From contig JACQXK010000001.1 in the NCBI GenBank assembly GCA_016208765.1, positions 218 to 64,217 of the forward strand: DNA of 64,000 bases, given 5' to 3'. The position numbers and the translations under genes are program-made. Below the pieces are notes generated by a model, which worked only from the letters and a program-made list of their open reading frames with translations, searched no databases and was not told the origin of the DNA. Source of the stretch: Candidatus Omnitrophota bacterium (lineage in GTDB: Bacteria; Omnitrophota; Gorgyraeia; Gygaellales; Profunditerraquicolaceae). Each line of letters begins with the position of its first letter. Position 1 is the first letter of the stretch. Shown here in pieces: positions 19,215 to 29,404 of the stretch.

Positions 19215-20591
19215 ATGCCCATATATATTCAAAATTCCCTTTCAAGAAGAAAAGAGCCTTTTGAGCCAACAAAACCGCCTCAAGTAAATATGTATACTTG
19301 CGGTGTTACTGTTTATGACGATTGCCACATCGGGCATGCGCGCAGTTTGTATATTTTTGATGTCATCAGGAGGTATCTTGTTTACCGCGGATTTAAGGTT
19401 AATTTTGTGCGCAATATTACCGATATTGATGACAAGATCATTAATCGCGCCAATGAATTAAAAGTCAGCTGGGAAGATTTAGTAGCAAAATATATCCAGC
19501 GTTATTATGAGGATATAGAAGTTTTGGGAATTAGCCGCGCAGATTTTGAACCGCGGGCAACAGAAAATATCCCCGATATGATTAAGTATATTCAGGCGTT
19601 GATTGAAAGAGGTTTTGCCTATGAATCCGGCGGGGATGTGTATTTTAATGTGCGTAAATTTTCCGGTTACGGAAAACTTTCCGGGCAGAGCATTGATGCA
19701 ATGGAGTCCGGGACGCGTATTGAGCCGACAGAGCATAAAAAGGATCCGCTGGATTTTGCCCTCTGGAAGAAATCAAAAGAAAACGAGCCTTTTTGGGAGA
19801 GCCCGTGGGGAAATGGCAGGCCGGGGTGGCATATTGAGTGTTCTGTGATGAGTCAGAAATACTTAAAAGTTGATACTCTTGATATTCATGCCGGAGGCAG
19901 GGATTTGATCTTTCCGCATCACGAAAATGAAATTGCGCAGGCAGAGGCATTAACCGGAAAGCCATTTGCCAAATACTGGATTCATCATGGTTTGTTGACC
20001 ATCAATTCCCAGAAAATGTCCAAATCGCTGGGAAACTTTGTGACGATCACAGATTTTTTATCAAAACATCGTTACGCCGATATTTTAAAACTTTTCTTTT
20101 TATCCGCGCATTATTCGCATCCTATAGATTACAGTGAAGAGAAAATTACGGAAGTTAAGCAGGCATTAGAAAGAATATTGATCTTTCTTGATAAGGCACA
20201 GAATCTTGCAGCTTCTAAGAAGGCCGGGCAATTTCAGGATCTTGAAAATCTCAAGCAGGAATTTATTAAGGCAATGGATGATGATTTTAACCTTCCGCAG
20301 GGCCTTGCTGTAATATTTGAATTGGTTAATGCCGGTAATAAAAAACTTGATGATGCCAATTATGCTTTTTGCGCGAGGGCAATTTTGTTGGAGTTGGCTG
20401 GCATTCTTGGTTTGGAACTGCATAGGGAAGCAATGCATGAAGATGTTGATGATTTGATTAATCAGCGTAATGAGGCAAGAAAAAATAAAAATTTTAAAGA
20501 ATCGGATCGGATCAGAAAAGAGCTGGAATTAAAGGGGATTGTATTAGAGGATACAAAAGACGGTAAAACTACCTGGAGAAAAAAGCTTTAG
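19215..20591 (+). CDS. cysS: Cysteine--tRNA ligase
   Basis: CGVTVYD, HIGH, GRPGWHIECS, FPHHENE, KMSKS. Confidence 0.97.
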   Translation: MPIYIQNSLSRRKEPFEPTKPPQVNMYTCGVTVYDDCHIGHARSLYIFDVIRRYLVYRGFKVNFVRNITDIDDKIINRANELKVSWEDLVAKYIQRYYEDIEVLGISRADFEPRATENIPDMIKYIQALIERGFAYESGGDVYFNVRKFSGYGKLSGQSIDAMESGTRIEPTEHKKDPLDFALWKKSKENEPFWESPWGNGRPGWHIECSVMSQKYLKVDTLDIHAGGRDLIFPHHENEIAQAEALTGKPFAKYWIHHGLLTINSQKMSKSLGNFVTITDFLSKHRYADILKLFFLSAHYSHPIDYSEEKITEVKQALERILIFLDKAQNLAASKKAGQFQDLENLKQEFIKAMDDDFNLPQGLAVIFELVNAGNKKLDDANYAFCARAILLELAGILGLELHREAMHEDVDDLINQRNEARKNKNFKESDRIRKELELKGIVLEDTKDGKTTWRKKL

Positions 20592-20651
20592 TTTTTTAAC
20601 GTCCTCGCGAGAAACAGGACAAGACACACGTTAAAAACGGACTTGGTTAAT

Positions 20652-21272
20652 ATGAAAGGTAAATTTATTACATTTGAAGGTTCAGAAGGGTGTGGCAAGA
20701 GTACGCAGTCTAAAATGCTGGCTCAGTTTCTTGAAAGCAAGGGCTATTCTGTAGTATACCTGCGCGAGCCCGGCGGCGTAAAGGTTAGCGAGAAGATTCG
20801 CGATCTTCTGCTTGATGCCAAAAATAAAATCAGCCCTGAAGCAGAAACACTTCTTTATATGGCAGCGCGTTCTGAAGTGGTGAATGAAATTATTAAGCCG
20901 GCATTAACAAATGGCAAAATTATAGTTTGCGACCGTTTTTTAGATTCAACCATTGCCTATCAGGGTTATGGTTTGGGCATAGATTTAAAGGCAATAAAAT
21001 TCATTGGTTTATTTGCTACCTGTGGGATCAAACCGGATTTGACTATTCTACTGGATCTTCCCTTAAAGAAAGGTTTGGCGCACAGGAAATTCTGCGAGGA
21101 TCGCATTGAGCAAAGGCCGATGAGCTATCATAGGCGTGTAAGAGACGGCTATTTGAAATTGGCGGCTCAGGAGCCAAAAAGGATCAAGGTTGTTAAGGTT
21201 GAAAAGGAAGTATCAGTAACACAGGATAAAATCAGAAAACTTGTATTAAAAACTATTTTTAGAGGCTCTTAG
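20652..21272 (+). CDS. tmk: Thymidylate kinase
   Basis: FITFEGSEGCGKSTQ, REPGG, DRFLDSTIAYQG. Confidence 0.95.
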   Translation: MKGKFITFEGSEGCGKSTQSKMLAQFLESKGYSVVYLREPGGVKVSEKIRDLLLDAKNKISPEAETLLYMAARSEVVNEIIKPALTNGKIIVCDRFLDSTIAYQGYGLGIDLKAIKFIGLFATCGIKPDLTILLDLPLKKGLAHRKFCEDRIEQRPMSYHRRVRDGYLKLAAQEPKRIKVVKVEKEVSVTQDKIRKLVLKTIFRGS

Positions 21273-21276
21273 GCAA

Positions 21277-22236
21277 ATGTCTTTTGAAAAAGTTATCGGA
21301 CAGAAAAAAGCAGTTAGTATCCTTAAGGGTTATTTAGAGAATAATTGTCTTGAGGGAGGGTATTTATTTACAGGCCCCGGAGGAGTCGGTAAGAAGTTAA
21401 CTTCCTTGGAATTGGCAAAGGCATTAAACTGCCAGCAGGATTTTGGAGATGCATGTGATAATTGTATTTCCTGTAGAAAGATCACCAATGCACAACATCC
21501 TGATATTCATGTTATTGCCAAAGAAGATGATGAAATAAAGATTGAAGATATACGGAACTTGCAACGGGAAATCGGTTTTCGGCCGTATGAGGGGAAGAAA
21601 AAGTTATTTATTATTGATAATGCGCATAAACTGACTGCAGAGGCTTCCAATGCGCTTTTAAAAGTTTTGGAAGAGCCGCCTAAGAGCAGTTTAATTGTTT
21701 TAATCAGCGATAAGCCGGCACTTTTATTAAGGACCATTGTTTCGCGCTGCAAAGTCCTTAAATTTTCTGCGCTTTTACGCGAAGAAATAAAAGGTATCCT
21801 GGAAGATGAATACAGCGTTGAGAAGGGCCAGGCGCATTTTCTTGCTTATTTTTGTGAAGGAAGCCTTGGCAGGGCATTAAGATTAAAAGATACAGATATT
21901 TTTTCCCGAAAAAACATTGTTATTGATAAATTTATTCTTTCTGAAAAGCCGAGTATAGAAAGTTTATCTCCGCAAAATAAGGCAGAGATACTCTCTGGTA
22001 TTAATATTGCGGCTACATGGTTCAGGGATATTTATCTGTCAAAGGCAGGTATTAGAGAATCTGAGTTAATCCATTATGACCGCCGTCAGGAGATATCTGG
22101 TTTTGCAGAAGTTCTGCCGTATGCGCGCCTAAACCAGATTATTGATTCTCTTTCAAAGGCGGTATTGTATCTGGATCAGAATATTAATACGCGTTTACTT
22201 CTTTATGAATTAGCAGGAAGTATCAACTTGAGGTGA
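21277..22236 (+). CDS. holB: DNA polymerase III delta prime subunit
   Basis: LFTGPGGVGK, C4 zinc motif, HPD, NALLKVLEEPP, TIVSRC. Confidence 0.92.
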   Translation: MSFEKVIGQKKAVSILKGYLENNCLEGGYLFTGPGGVGKKLTSLELAKALNCQQDFGDACDNCISCRKITNAQHPDIHVIAKEDDEIKIEDIRNLQREIGFRPYEGKKKLFIIDNAHKLTAEASNALLKVLEEPPKSSLIVLISDKPALLLRTIVSRCKVLKFSALLREEIKGILEDEYSVEKGQAHFLAYFCEGSLGRALRLKDTDIFSRKNIVIDKFILSEKPSIESLSPQNKAEILSGINIAATWFRDIYLSKAGIRESELIHYDRRQEISGFAEVLPYARLNQIIDSLSKAVLYLDQNINTRLLLYELAGSINLR

Positions 22237-22240
22237 ATTT

Positions 22241-23032
22241 ATGAAACCAAAGATATGGGTGAGGTTGCGTGATTCCGGCCAGGCGCATGTTTATGAGCCG
22301 GGGAATTTAGAGGTAAAGGAAGGTGATTGCGTAATTGTTGAGCATGACCGCGGCCTTGATTATGGAGTGATCGTTAAACCTAATGAATGCCCTGCGGCTC
22401 TTGAAGCTGAAGCCAAGGAAGAGATTAAGAAGATAGTCCGCAAGGCCACAGAGAGCGACTTAAAACAAATTGAGGAGAACCGCTCAAAGGCAAGGGAAGC
22501 GTTTAGCACCTGTGGAAAAAAGATCTCCGAGCACAAATTGGAAATGAAACTTGTGAAGGCGGAGTATTCTTTTGACCGCAGTAAAATTGTATTTTATTTT
22601 ACTGCCGAGGGCAGGGTTGATTTCAGGAATCTTGTTAAGGATTTAGCAAAGATTTTTAAGGCACGCATTGAGCTGCGCCAGATTGGCGTGCGTGATGAGG
22701 CTCGTCTTTTTGGCGGTTTTGGGCCATGCGGCAGGGAGTTATGTTGTGCAAAATTCCTAAGGGATTTTGAGCCGGTTACCATAAAAATGGCAAAGGAAGA
22801 GGGCCTGTCTTTAAATCCTCCTAAAATTTCCGGGCTTTGCGGAAGGTTGATGTGCTGCCTTTCTTTTGAATATGAAACTTATAAATTGCTTGCCAAGGGG
22901 CTCCCTCATGAGGGAGAACATGTAAATACTCCCCAAGGTAAAGGCAAGGTTTTAAGTGTTAATGTTTTTAAGCGCAGCGCCCATGTTCAGCTTGATGAAG
23001 GCGGGGTAATTGAAGTACCCTATAAACAATAA
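22241..23032 (+). CDS. PSP1/YaaT (RicT) family protein
   Basis: FYFTAEGRVDFR, RIELRQIGVRDEA, GPCGRELCC, SGLCGRLMCCL. Confidence 0.92.
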   Translation: MKPKIWVRLRDSGQAHVYEPGNLEVKEGDCVIVEHDRGLDYGVIVKPNECPAALEAEAKEEIKKIVRKATESDLKQIEENRSKAREAFSTCGKKISEHKLEMKLVKAEYSFDRSKIVFYFTAEGRVDFRNLVKDLAKIFKARIELRQIGVRDEARLFGGFGPCGRELCCAKFLRDFEPVTIKMAKEEGLSLNPPKISGLCGRLMCCLSFEYETYKLLAKGLPHEGEHVNTPQGKGKVLSVNVFKRSAHVQLDEGGVIEVPYKQ

Positions 23033-23034
23033 AA

Positions 23035-24528
23035 ATGGCTGATAAATTTTATATAACAACTCCATTGTATTATGTAAATGCCAGTCCGCACATCGGGCAC
23101 TCTTATACATGCATTGCCGCAGATACCTTGGCAAGGCATATGCGCCTTGTCTTAGGAAAAGAGAATGTCTGGTTTCTTACCGGCACCGACGAGCATGGGC
23201 AGAAGATACAAAAGGCAGCTGATGCCCAAGGATTGAGCCCTATTGTTTTTGCCGATAAAACGGTTGAACAATTTAAAAAACTCTGGGATGTTTTAAATAT
23301 TTCCTACAATGATTTTATACGCACAACCGAAGACAGGCATAAAAGAGTAGTGGCGCGCGTTTTGGATATCCTGCATAAAAAAGGTGACATTTATCAGGAT
23401 ACTTATCAGGGTTGGTATTGCACGCCTTGTGAGACTTTTTGGATTGAATCGCAGTTATTAGACGGCAAGTGCCCTGATTGCAAACGCCCGGTTGAGAAAA
23501 TATCAGAAACAAACTATTTTTTCAGATTATCAAAGTATCAGGATTGGCTGGTTGAACATATTAAGAAAAACCCCGGTTTTATAAAGCCTGCCAGCCGTTA
23601 TGAAGAGGTGTCTCGTTTTCTTGAGCTAAATAAATTAAGCGACCTGTGTATTTCCCGGCCGAAGGAGCGTTTAGGGTGGGGCATACCTTTGCCCTTTAGT
23701 CAGGATCATGTAACTTATGTCTGGTTTGACGCTTTGATAAATTATATCAGCGCGGTAGGTGATTTTAATGACGAAGGTAAGTATGTTTCCCGTTGGTGGC
23801 CGGCCGATATGCAGCTTATTGGAAAAGATATCCTAAGACAGCATGCAGTTTATTGGCCGATAATGCTAAAGGCGCTTGATATTGCGCCTCCTAAGTTGAT
23901 CTTTGCCCATGGTTGGTGGATGTTGGGAGAGAGCAAGATGTCAAAATCTCTGGGAAATGTAGTTTCTCCGATACAAATGGCTGAAAAATACGGGACAGAC
24001 CCATATCGTTATTTTCTTTTACGTGATGTGCCGTTTGGGCTGGATGGTAATTTTTCAGAAGGCTCAATTATCAAAAGATATAACAGCGATTTAGCCAATG
24101 ATCTGGGCAATCTTGTTTTTCGCACTTTAACTATGATTGAGAAGTATTTCTCCGGGAATATTCCGGAGATACAGAATGAATTATTGAGCATTCAGGGCAA
24201 GGCTATTAAAGAGAAACTTTTAAATATAAAACAAGCCGTCAGCAAGAATTTGGATGCTTGCGGATTTTCTCAGGCATTAGAGGAGATCTGGGCCCTGATT
24301 AATATGGCTAATAAATATGTAGAAGACACCAAGCCCTGGAACCTTGCAAAAGAAAATAAAACCGCGGAATTAAAGACATTCATTGCGCTTTTGGTTGAGG
24401 TGATCAGAGAAGTAGGCAAAGATTCAGCTTGTTTCATGCCTAAGACAGCACAAGCCATATTTGAGCAAATTGGAACAGCAACTATTAATAAGGCCGGTCC
24501 CTTATTTCCCCGTATTGATACAAAATGA
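23035..24528 (+). CDS. metG: Methionine--tRNA ligase (short form, no C-terminal tRNA-binding domain)
   Basis: YITTPLYYVN, HIGH, GTDEHGQK, YVWFDAL, KMSKS. Confidence 0.96.
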   Translation: MADKFYITTPLYYVNASPHIGHSYTCIAADTLARHMRLVLGKENVWFLTGTDEHGQKIQKAADAQGLSPIVFADKTVEQFKKLWDVLNISYNDFIRTTEDRHKRVVARVLDILHKKGDIYQDTYQGWYCTPCETFWIESQLLDGKCPDCKRPVEKISETNYFFRLSKYQDWLVEHIKKNPGFIKPASRYEEVSRFLELNKLSDLCISRPKERLGWGIPLPFSQDHVTYVWFDALINYISAVGDFNDEGKYVSRWWPADMQLIGKDILRQHAVYWPIMLKALDIAPPKLIFAHGWWMLGESKMSKSLGNVVSPIQMAEKYGTDPYRYFLLRDVPFGLDGNFSEGSIIKRYNSDLANDLGNLVFRTLTMIEKYFSGNIPEIQNELLSIQGKAIKEKLLNIKQAVSKNLDACGFSQALEEIWALINMANKYVEDTKPWNLAKENKTAELKTFIALLVEVIREVGKDSACFMPKTAQAIFEQIGTATINKAGPLFPRIDTK

Positions 24529-25289
24529 TGTTTATAGATACGCATTGTCATTTAGATTTCCCGGAATTTGATGCTGACCGCGAAGAGATTATACAAAATG
24601 CCAGGTCTTTGGATGTAGGTTATATTATTAATGTCGGCTCAAGCATAGAAGGTTCAGAACGTTCAGTTGAGCTGGCAAGAAAGTATGATTCGGTTTATGC
24701 TGTTGTTGGTGTGCATCCGCACGAGGCAGATACATTTAACGAGCAAATACTCCAGAGGATAAAACAGCTTGCCGGGAATCAAAAGGTTGTGGCAATTGGA
24801 GAGATCGGGTTAGATTATTTCAGGAATTTTTCTTCCAAAGAAGGCCAGCTTAGGATTTTTACCAGCTTGTTGGGCCTTGCCAAAGAATTAAACCTTCCTT
24901 TAGTTATTCATTCGCGCGATGCGCAAGCTGATACACTAAAAATTATTCAGGAATTTCTTCCTTTAAAGGCAGTGGTGCATTGTTTCTCAGGAGGCGTAGA
25001 ATTCCTTAAGGGATGCCTTGACCTTGGTTTTTATGTTTCTTACACCTGCAATATTACTTATAAAAAAGCTCAAACATTAAGGGATTTGGTTAAGGTTACT
25101 CCGCTTGAGCGGATTTTTTTGGAAACCGACGCGCCCTATTTATCGCCTGAGGGAATGCGCGGCAAAAGAAATCATCCTGCTAATGTGCGTATCGTGGCTG
25201 AGGAAGTTGCCCGGATCAAAGAAACGGATCTTGAAAATGTGGCAAGAATTACTACTGAAAATGCTGCGCAATTCTTTGGGCTAAAATGA
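24525..25289 (+). CDS. tatD: TatD family hydrolase
   Basis: DTHCHL, GVHPH, GEIGLDY, HSRDA, HCFS, ETDAPYL. Confidence 0.92.
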   Translation: MMFIDTHCHLDFPEFDADREEIIQNARSLDVGYIINVGSSIEGSERSVELARKYDSVYAVVGVHPHEADTFNEQILQRIKQLAGNQKVVAIGEIGLDYFRNFSSKEGQLRIFTSLLGLAKELNLPLVIHSRDAQADTLKIIQEFLPLKAVVHCFSGGVEFLKGCLDLGFYVSYTCNITYKKAQTLRDLVKVTPLERIFLETDAPYLSPEGMRGKRNHPANVRIVAEEVARIKETDLENVARITTENAAQFFGLK

Positions 25290-26407
25290 AATCAAGGATT
25301 TCCATAATAAAGTGCCCGAGTTATGATCAAAGCCTGGTCGGAGAATCTGTGCGCAGGTCAGTTGATCTATTAGGGGGCATAACTGCTTTTATTAAACCAG
25401 GGTCAAAGGTTTTAGTGAAGCCGAATTTGTTAATGGCCAAAGAGCCGGAATTCGGTATTGATACTCACCCTGAAGTTATTCGCGCAGTAATTAAGCTTTT
25501 AAAAGAAATAAAATGTAATATTTTGGTCGGAGACGGCCCGAGTGTCTGGGGAAAACAAATTGAGAATGTTGACGAAGTTTATCGGCGTTCCGGAGTTAAG
25601 AAAATATGTGATGAAGAAAAAGTTGAAATGGTTAAATTTGACAAGCGTAAATGGCATGGGCGTTTCCCTCTGACAAGTTATCTGGATGAGTGTGATCACC
25701 TGGTAAATATTCCTAAATTTAAGACGCATGATTTAACTTTGTTAACCGGAGCAATAAAGAATTTATTTGGTTTGGTTTGCGGGACATATAAGACCGAACT
25801 GCATAAAAATCATTTTGAGATAAAAGATTTTTCTAAGGTGCTTGTGGATATTTACGGCTTGGCCCGGCCTTGTTTAACTATCGTTGACGGGATTGTTGCT
25901 ATGGAGGGTGATGGCCCTGCAACAGGAGGAAAACTGCGCAATCTTAATCTGCTGTTGGCAGGAAGTGATTGTGTGGCAATAGATGCAGTTATGTCTAAAA
26001 TTATTGGCGTTGAAGCAAATGATGTTTTTACGATAAAAGAAGCGGGTGAGAGAAAACTCGGAAATGCAAGTATTGAACAAATTGAAATAATAGGTGAACG
26101 GCTTGAAGATTGTCTGGGTAAGCCGTTTTTGCTGCCTTCAACTTCAATTGCCCGCAGGAAGATCCCCCTGCCGGTGGTTAATCTTATTCGCAGGTTAGTC
26201 AAGTATTATCCGTTTGTTTATGAGAAGAATTGTATTCGTTGCCAGGCTTGTATTGATGCTTGCCCTAAAAGTGTAATTAGCATGCAAACATCTTCTATGC
26301 ATTTTGATTATAAGAAATGTATAGCCTGTTTTTGTTGCCAGGAGGCATGCCCTGCTTCTGCAATTAAGGTTAAGAAAAGCCTGGTGGCAAGGCTTATCGG
26401 GCTATAA
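25286..26407 (+). CDS. DUF362 domain protein with C-terminal 2x[4Fe-4S] domain
   Basis: KVLVKPN, THPE, PKFKTH, GAIKN, MEGDGP; CIRCQACIDACP and CIACFCCQEACP. Confidence 0.85.
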   Translation: MKSRISIIKCPSYDQSLVGESVRRSVDLLGGITAFIKPGSKVLVKPNLLMAKEPEFGIDTHPEVIRAVIKLLKEIKCNILVGDGPSVWGKQIENVDEVYRRSGVKKICDEEKVEMVKFDKRKWHGRFPLTSYLDECDHLVNIPKFKTHDLTLLTGAIKNLFGLVCGTYKTELHKNHFEIKDFSKVLVDIYGLARPCLTIVDGIVAMEGDGPATGGKLRNLNLLLAGSDCVAIDAVMSKIIGVEANDVFTIKEAGERKLGNASIEQIEIIGERLEDCLGKPFLLPSTSIARRKIPLPVVNLIRRLVKYYPFVYEKNCIRCQACIDACPKSVISMQTSSMHFDYKKCIACFCCQEACPASAIKVKKSLVARLIGL

Positions 26408-26408
26408 A

Positions 26409-27017
26409 ATGAGCAAGAACTCTGAATTTAGCAAGTTGAGGATTGATTTGGATAATGCCATTACTTATGGAACAAAAATAGAGGCAAAAAGGATTGCAAG
26501 AAAAGGCTTAAAAGAGGCAAAGGATTGCCGGCTGCAAGGAGAAGTTGAATATTTTTTAGGCCAGATTGATTTATTGAATAATAAATTTACCAGCGCCATA
26601 GAACATTTTGATGCGGCAATAAAATATAATCCTAAGGACGGGGCATCCTATAATGACCGAGCTTTATGCATGATAGAACTGGGGATTATGGATGAAGCAA
26701 TACCATATTTTGATAAAGGGATTGAGGTAGAGCCTGATTATGCTACTATTTATCATAACAAGGGTTGGCTTTTGAATAATCTCGGCGAATATACAAAGGC
26801 GATAAAATATTTTCAGAAAGCGCTCCAGCTTGAGCCCGAAAGGGCGGTAACTTATGATAATCTCGCCGATGCAAGGTATAATTTAAATGATTTCTCCGGA
26901 GCCCTTGAGGCTTACCGGAAAGTTTTGAGTCTGCTTAAGCCCGGGCAGTGCCGACAGATCAAGTCGCAGATAAGAAAGAAAATAAAAGAACTGGAAAATA
27001 GAGAGGCTAAGAGATGA
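26409..27017 (+). CDS. Tetratricopeptide repeat protein
   Basis: About four 34-aa TPR-like units (e.g. YHNKGWLLNNLGEYTKAIKYFQKALQLEP). Confidence 0.85.
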   Translation: MSKNSEFSKLRIDLDNAITYGTKIEAKRIARKGLKEAKDCRLQGEVEYFLGQIDLLNNKFTSAIEHFDAAIKYNPKDGASYNDRALCMIELGIMDEAIPYFDKGIEVEPDYATIYHNKGWLLNNLGEYTKAIKYFQKALQLEPERAVTYDNLADARYNLNDFSGALEAYRKVLSLLKPGQCRQIKSQIRKKIKELENREAKR

Positions 27018-28054
27018 GTATCCGTACCATAGAATGGAAGAACAATTGCATAAGAATGATTGACCAGACAAAACTGCCGCAAAAACTGGAATATTTAAAT
27101 ATCAAGGATTTAAAGGCTCTTTGGCAGGCAATCAAACTTTTAAAGGTGCGCGGCGCTCCTGCTTTAGGAGGAGCTGCCGGGCTGGGAGTTTATTTGGGAA
27201 TAAAAGGTTCGCGCGCCACGGGATTTTTGCAGTTTGATAATGAATTAAGAAAAGTTTGTGATTACCTGGCATCAAGCCGCCCAACAGCAAGGAATCTTTT
27301 CTGGGGGCTGGAACGAATGACGCAGGTTTCTCGGGCTAATAAGAATAAAAGCGTTTCTGAAATTAAGAAAATTCTTTTTCAGGAAGCTATGAGGATTATT
27401 GAAGAAGACAGGGTTTCTTGCCGCAAGATAGGAGCTTTTGGCGCAAAGTTATTTTCTGATAATGATTCTGTTTTAACAATTTGTAATACAGGCATACTTG
27501 CTACTATTGATTATGGCACTGCTTTAGGGGTAATTTATCGCGCGCACGAAGAGGGGAAACGCCTTAAAATTTATGCCTGTGAGACGCGGCCGCTTTTACA
27601 GGGCGCTCGCTTAACTACCTGGGAATTAAAAAGAAAAGGCATGGATGTTACCTTGATTTGTGACAACATGGCAGCAGCCTTAATGCAGCAGGGTAAAATT
27701 AAAAAAGTTATTGCCGGAGCAGACAGGATTGCTGCAAACGGAGATACTGCAAATAAAATAGGGACTTCAGGCCTTGCGATCCTGGCAAAGTACCATAAAA
27801 TTCCTTTTTATATCGCAGCTCCGGTTTCTACATTTGATTTAAAGATTAAAAACGGCAAAGAAATCACTATAGAACAAAGGTGTTCGTCTGAGGTAACGGA
27901 TTTATTTTTTAAAAAACCAATTGCGCCAAAAGGAGTCAAAGTATTTAATCCGGCTTTTGACGTTACTCCGAATGCTTTGATCAGTGCTATTATTACAGAC
28001 AAGGGCGTAATCCGGCAGCCATATTTAAAGAATATATGCTCATATCTAAAATAG
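27014..28054 (+). CDS. mtnA: S-methyl-5-thioribose-1-phosphate isomerase
   Basis: DQTKLP, VRGAPA, SRPTA.NL, ETRPLLQGARLT, GADRIAANGDTANKIGT, NPAFDVTP. Confidence 0.94.
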   Translation: MSIRTIEWKNNCIRMIDQTKLPQKLEYLNIKDLKALWQAIKLLKVRGAPALGGAAGLGVYLGIKGSRATGFLQFDNELRKVCDYLASSRPTARNLFWGLERMTQVSRANKNKSVSEIKKILFQEAMRIIEEDRVSCRKIGAFGAKLFSDNDSVLTICNTGILATIDYGTALGVIYRAHEEGKRLKIYACETRPLLQGARLTTWELKRKGMDVTLICDNMAAALMQQGKIKKVIAGADRIAANGDTANKIGTSGLAILAKYHKIPFYIAAPVSTFDLKIKNGKEITIEQRCSSEVTDLFFKKPIAPKGVKVFNPAFDVTPNALISAIITDKGVIRQPYLKNICSYLK

Positions 28055-28932
28055 GTGAATTTGGGTTAATTGAAAGGTTCCGTCGTAAGATCAAAACAGA
28101 TCCTTCGGTTGTTGTCGGTTCAGGCGATGATTGTGCTGTTCTAAAATTTGATAAAAGGCGTTATCAGCTTTTTACCTGTGATATGCTGGTGGAGGGCATT
28201 GATTTTACAAAGAACACAGACCCTTATTTAATCGGCAGAAAGTCGGTTGCGGTTTCAATCAGCGATATTGCTTCCTGCTGCGGAGAACCGACGCATTGCC
28301 TTGTTTCTTTGGGGCTTCCTGAAAATACAAACTTAAAAACAGCTGACGGTCTTTTTGAAGGAATATTTGGGATTTGCAAAAAATATCATATTAATCTTGT
28401 CGGAGGAGATTTGAGCAGCTCGGAAAAGATTGTTATTGATGTGAGCATGCTTGGACTTGTTGATAAGAATAAACTTACTTTAAGAAGCAAAGCCCAAGAC
28501 GGAGATATTATTTTTGTTACCGGTTCACTGGGAGGTTCTATCCGCGGAAGGCATCTTTGTTTTGAGCCCCGGTTAAAAGAAGCGCGCTTTTTAGCGCATA
28601 ATTTTAAAGTTAATGCTATGATTGATATTTCAGACGGGCTTGTGCAGGATTTGGGGCACATACTTGAACAAAGCAAGGTTGGCGGAGTGATTTATGAGAA
28701 TTTACTTCCGATAAGTAAAGATGCAAACGGGATTAATGAAGCGTTTTATATGGGAGAAGATTTTGAATTGCTCTTTACTTTGCCCAAGGACCAGTCGCGC
28801 AGGCTTTTAGATAAAAGAAAGAGCGGTTTTTATCCTATCGGAGAAATTATCAAGAAAAAATCAGGCTTAACCTTAATTGACAAGAAGGCCAATGAAGTAG
28901 AAGTAAAATCAGGGGGCTTTCGCCACTTTTAA
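28036..28932 (+). CDS. thiL: Thiamine-monophosphate kinase
   Basis: GEFGLI, GDDCAV, SDIA, GGD, IDISDGL, GEDFELLFT. Confidence 0.92.
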   Translation: MLISKIGEFGLIERFRRKIKTDPSVVVGSGDDCAVLKFDKRRYQLFTCDMLVEGIDFTKNTDPYLIGRKSVAVSISDIASCCGEPTHCLVSLGLPENTNLKTADGLFEGIFGICKKYHINLVGGDLSSSEKIVIDVSMLGLVDKNKLTLRSKAQDGDIIFVTGSLGGSIRGRHLCFEPRLKEARFLAHNFKVNAMIDISDGLVQDLGHILEQSKVGGVIYENLLPISKDANGINEAFYMGEDFELLFTLPKDQSRRLLDKRKSGFYPIGEIIKKKSGLTLIDKKANEVEVKSGGFRHF

Positions 28933-28933
28933 A

Positions 28934-29404
28934 ATGCAGTTTATTTCAAATTCAGCAAGCGAGACAAAAAATATCGGGAGTATCATTGCAAGGAATCTTC
29001 TTCCCGGAGATATAATTTGCCTTATTGGAGAGCTTGGTTCAGGTAAAACTGTGCTCGCCAAAGGCATTGCTTCCGGATTGAGGATGGGACATAAAAAAGT
29101 AATTAGCCCGTCATTTGTTTTGATCCGCGAGCATCGGCAAGGAAGGCTTCCGATGTATCATTTTGATCTTTACCGGCTTAATCAGCTTAATGATATTTTG
29201 TCGCTCGGGTATGAGGATTATTTGTATGCGCAAGGGGTCAGCGTGATTGAGTGGGCACAGCGTTTGGAGTATCTTTTTCCAAGCCAATGTTTAAAAGTTG
29301 AGTTTTTTTTAAAGCCAGGCAAAAAAAGGGTTTTAAAATTCAGCGCCAAAGGCAACCGCTATAAAAAATTATTGGAGAAGATCCATGAAAATATTGGCAA
29401 TTGA
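28934..29404 (+). CDS. tsaE: t6A biosynthesis ATPase TsaE
   Basis: GELGSGKT, SPSF, HFDLYRL, IEW. Confidence 0.92.
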   Translation: MQFISNSASETKNIGSIIARNLLPGDIICLIGELGSGKTVLAKGIASGLRMGHKKVISPSFVLIREHRQGRLPMYHFDLYRLNQLNDILSLGYEDYLYAQGVSVIEWAQRLEYLFPSQCLKVEFFLKPGKKRVLKFSAKGNRYKKLLEKIHENIGN

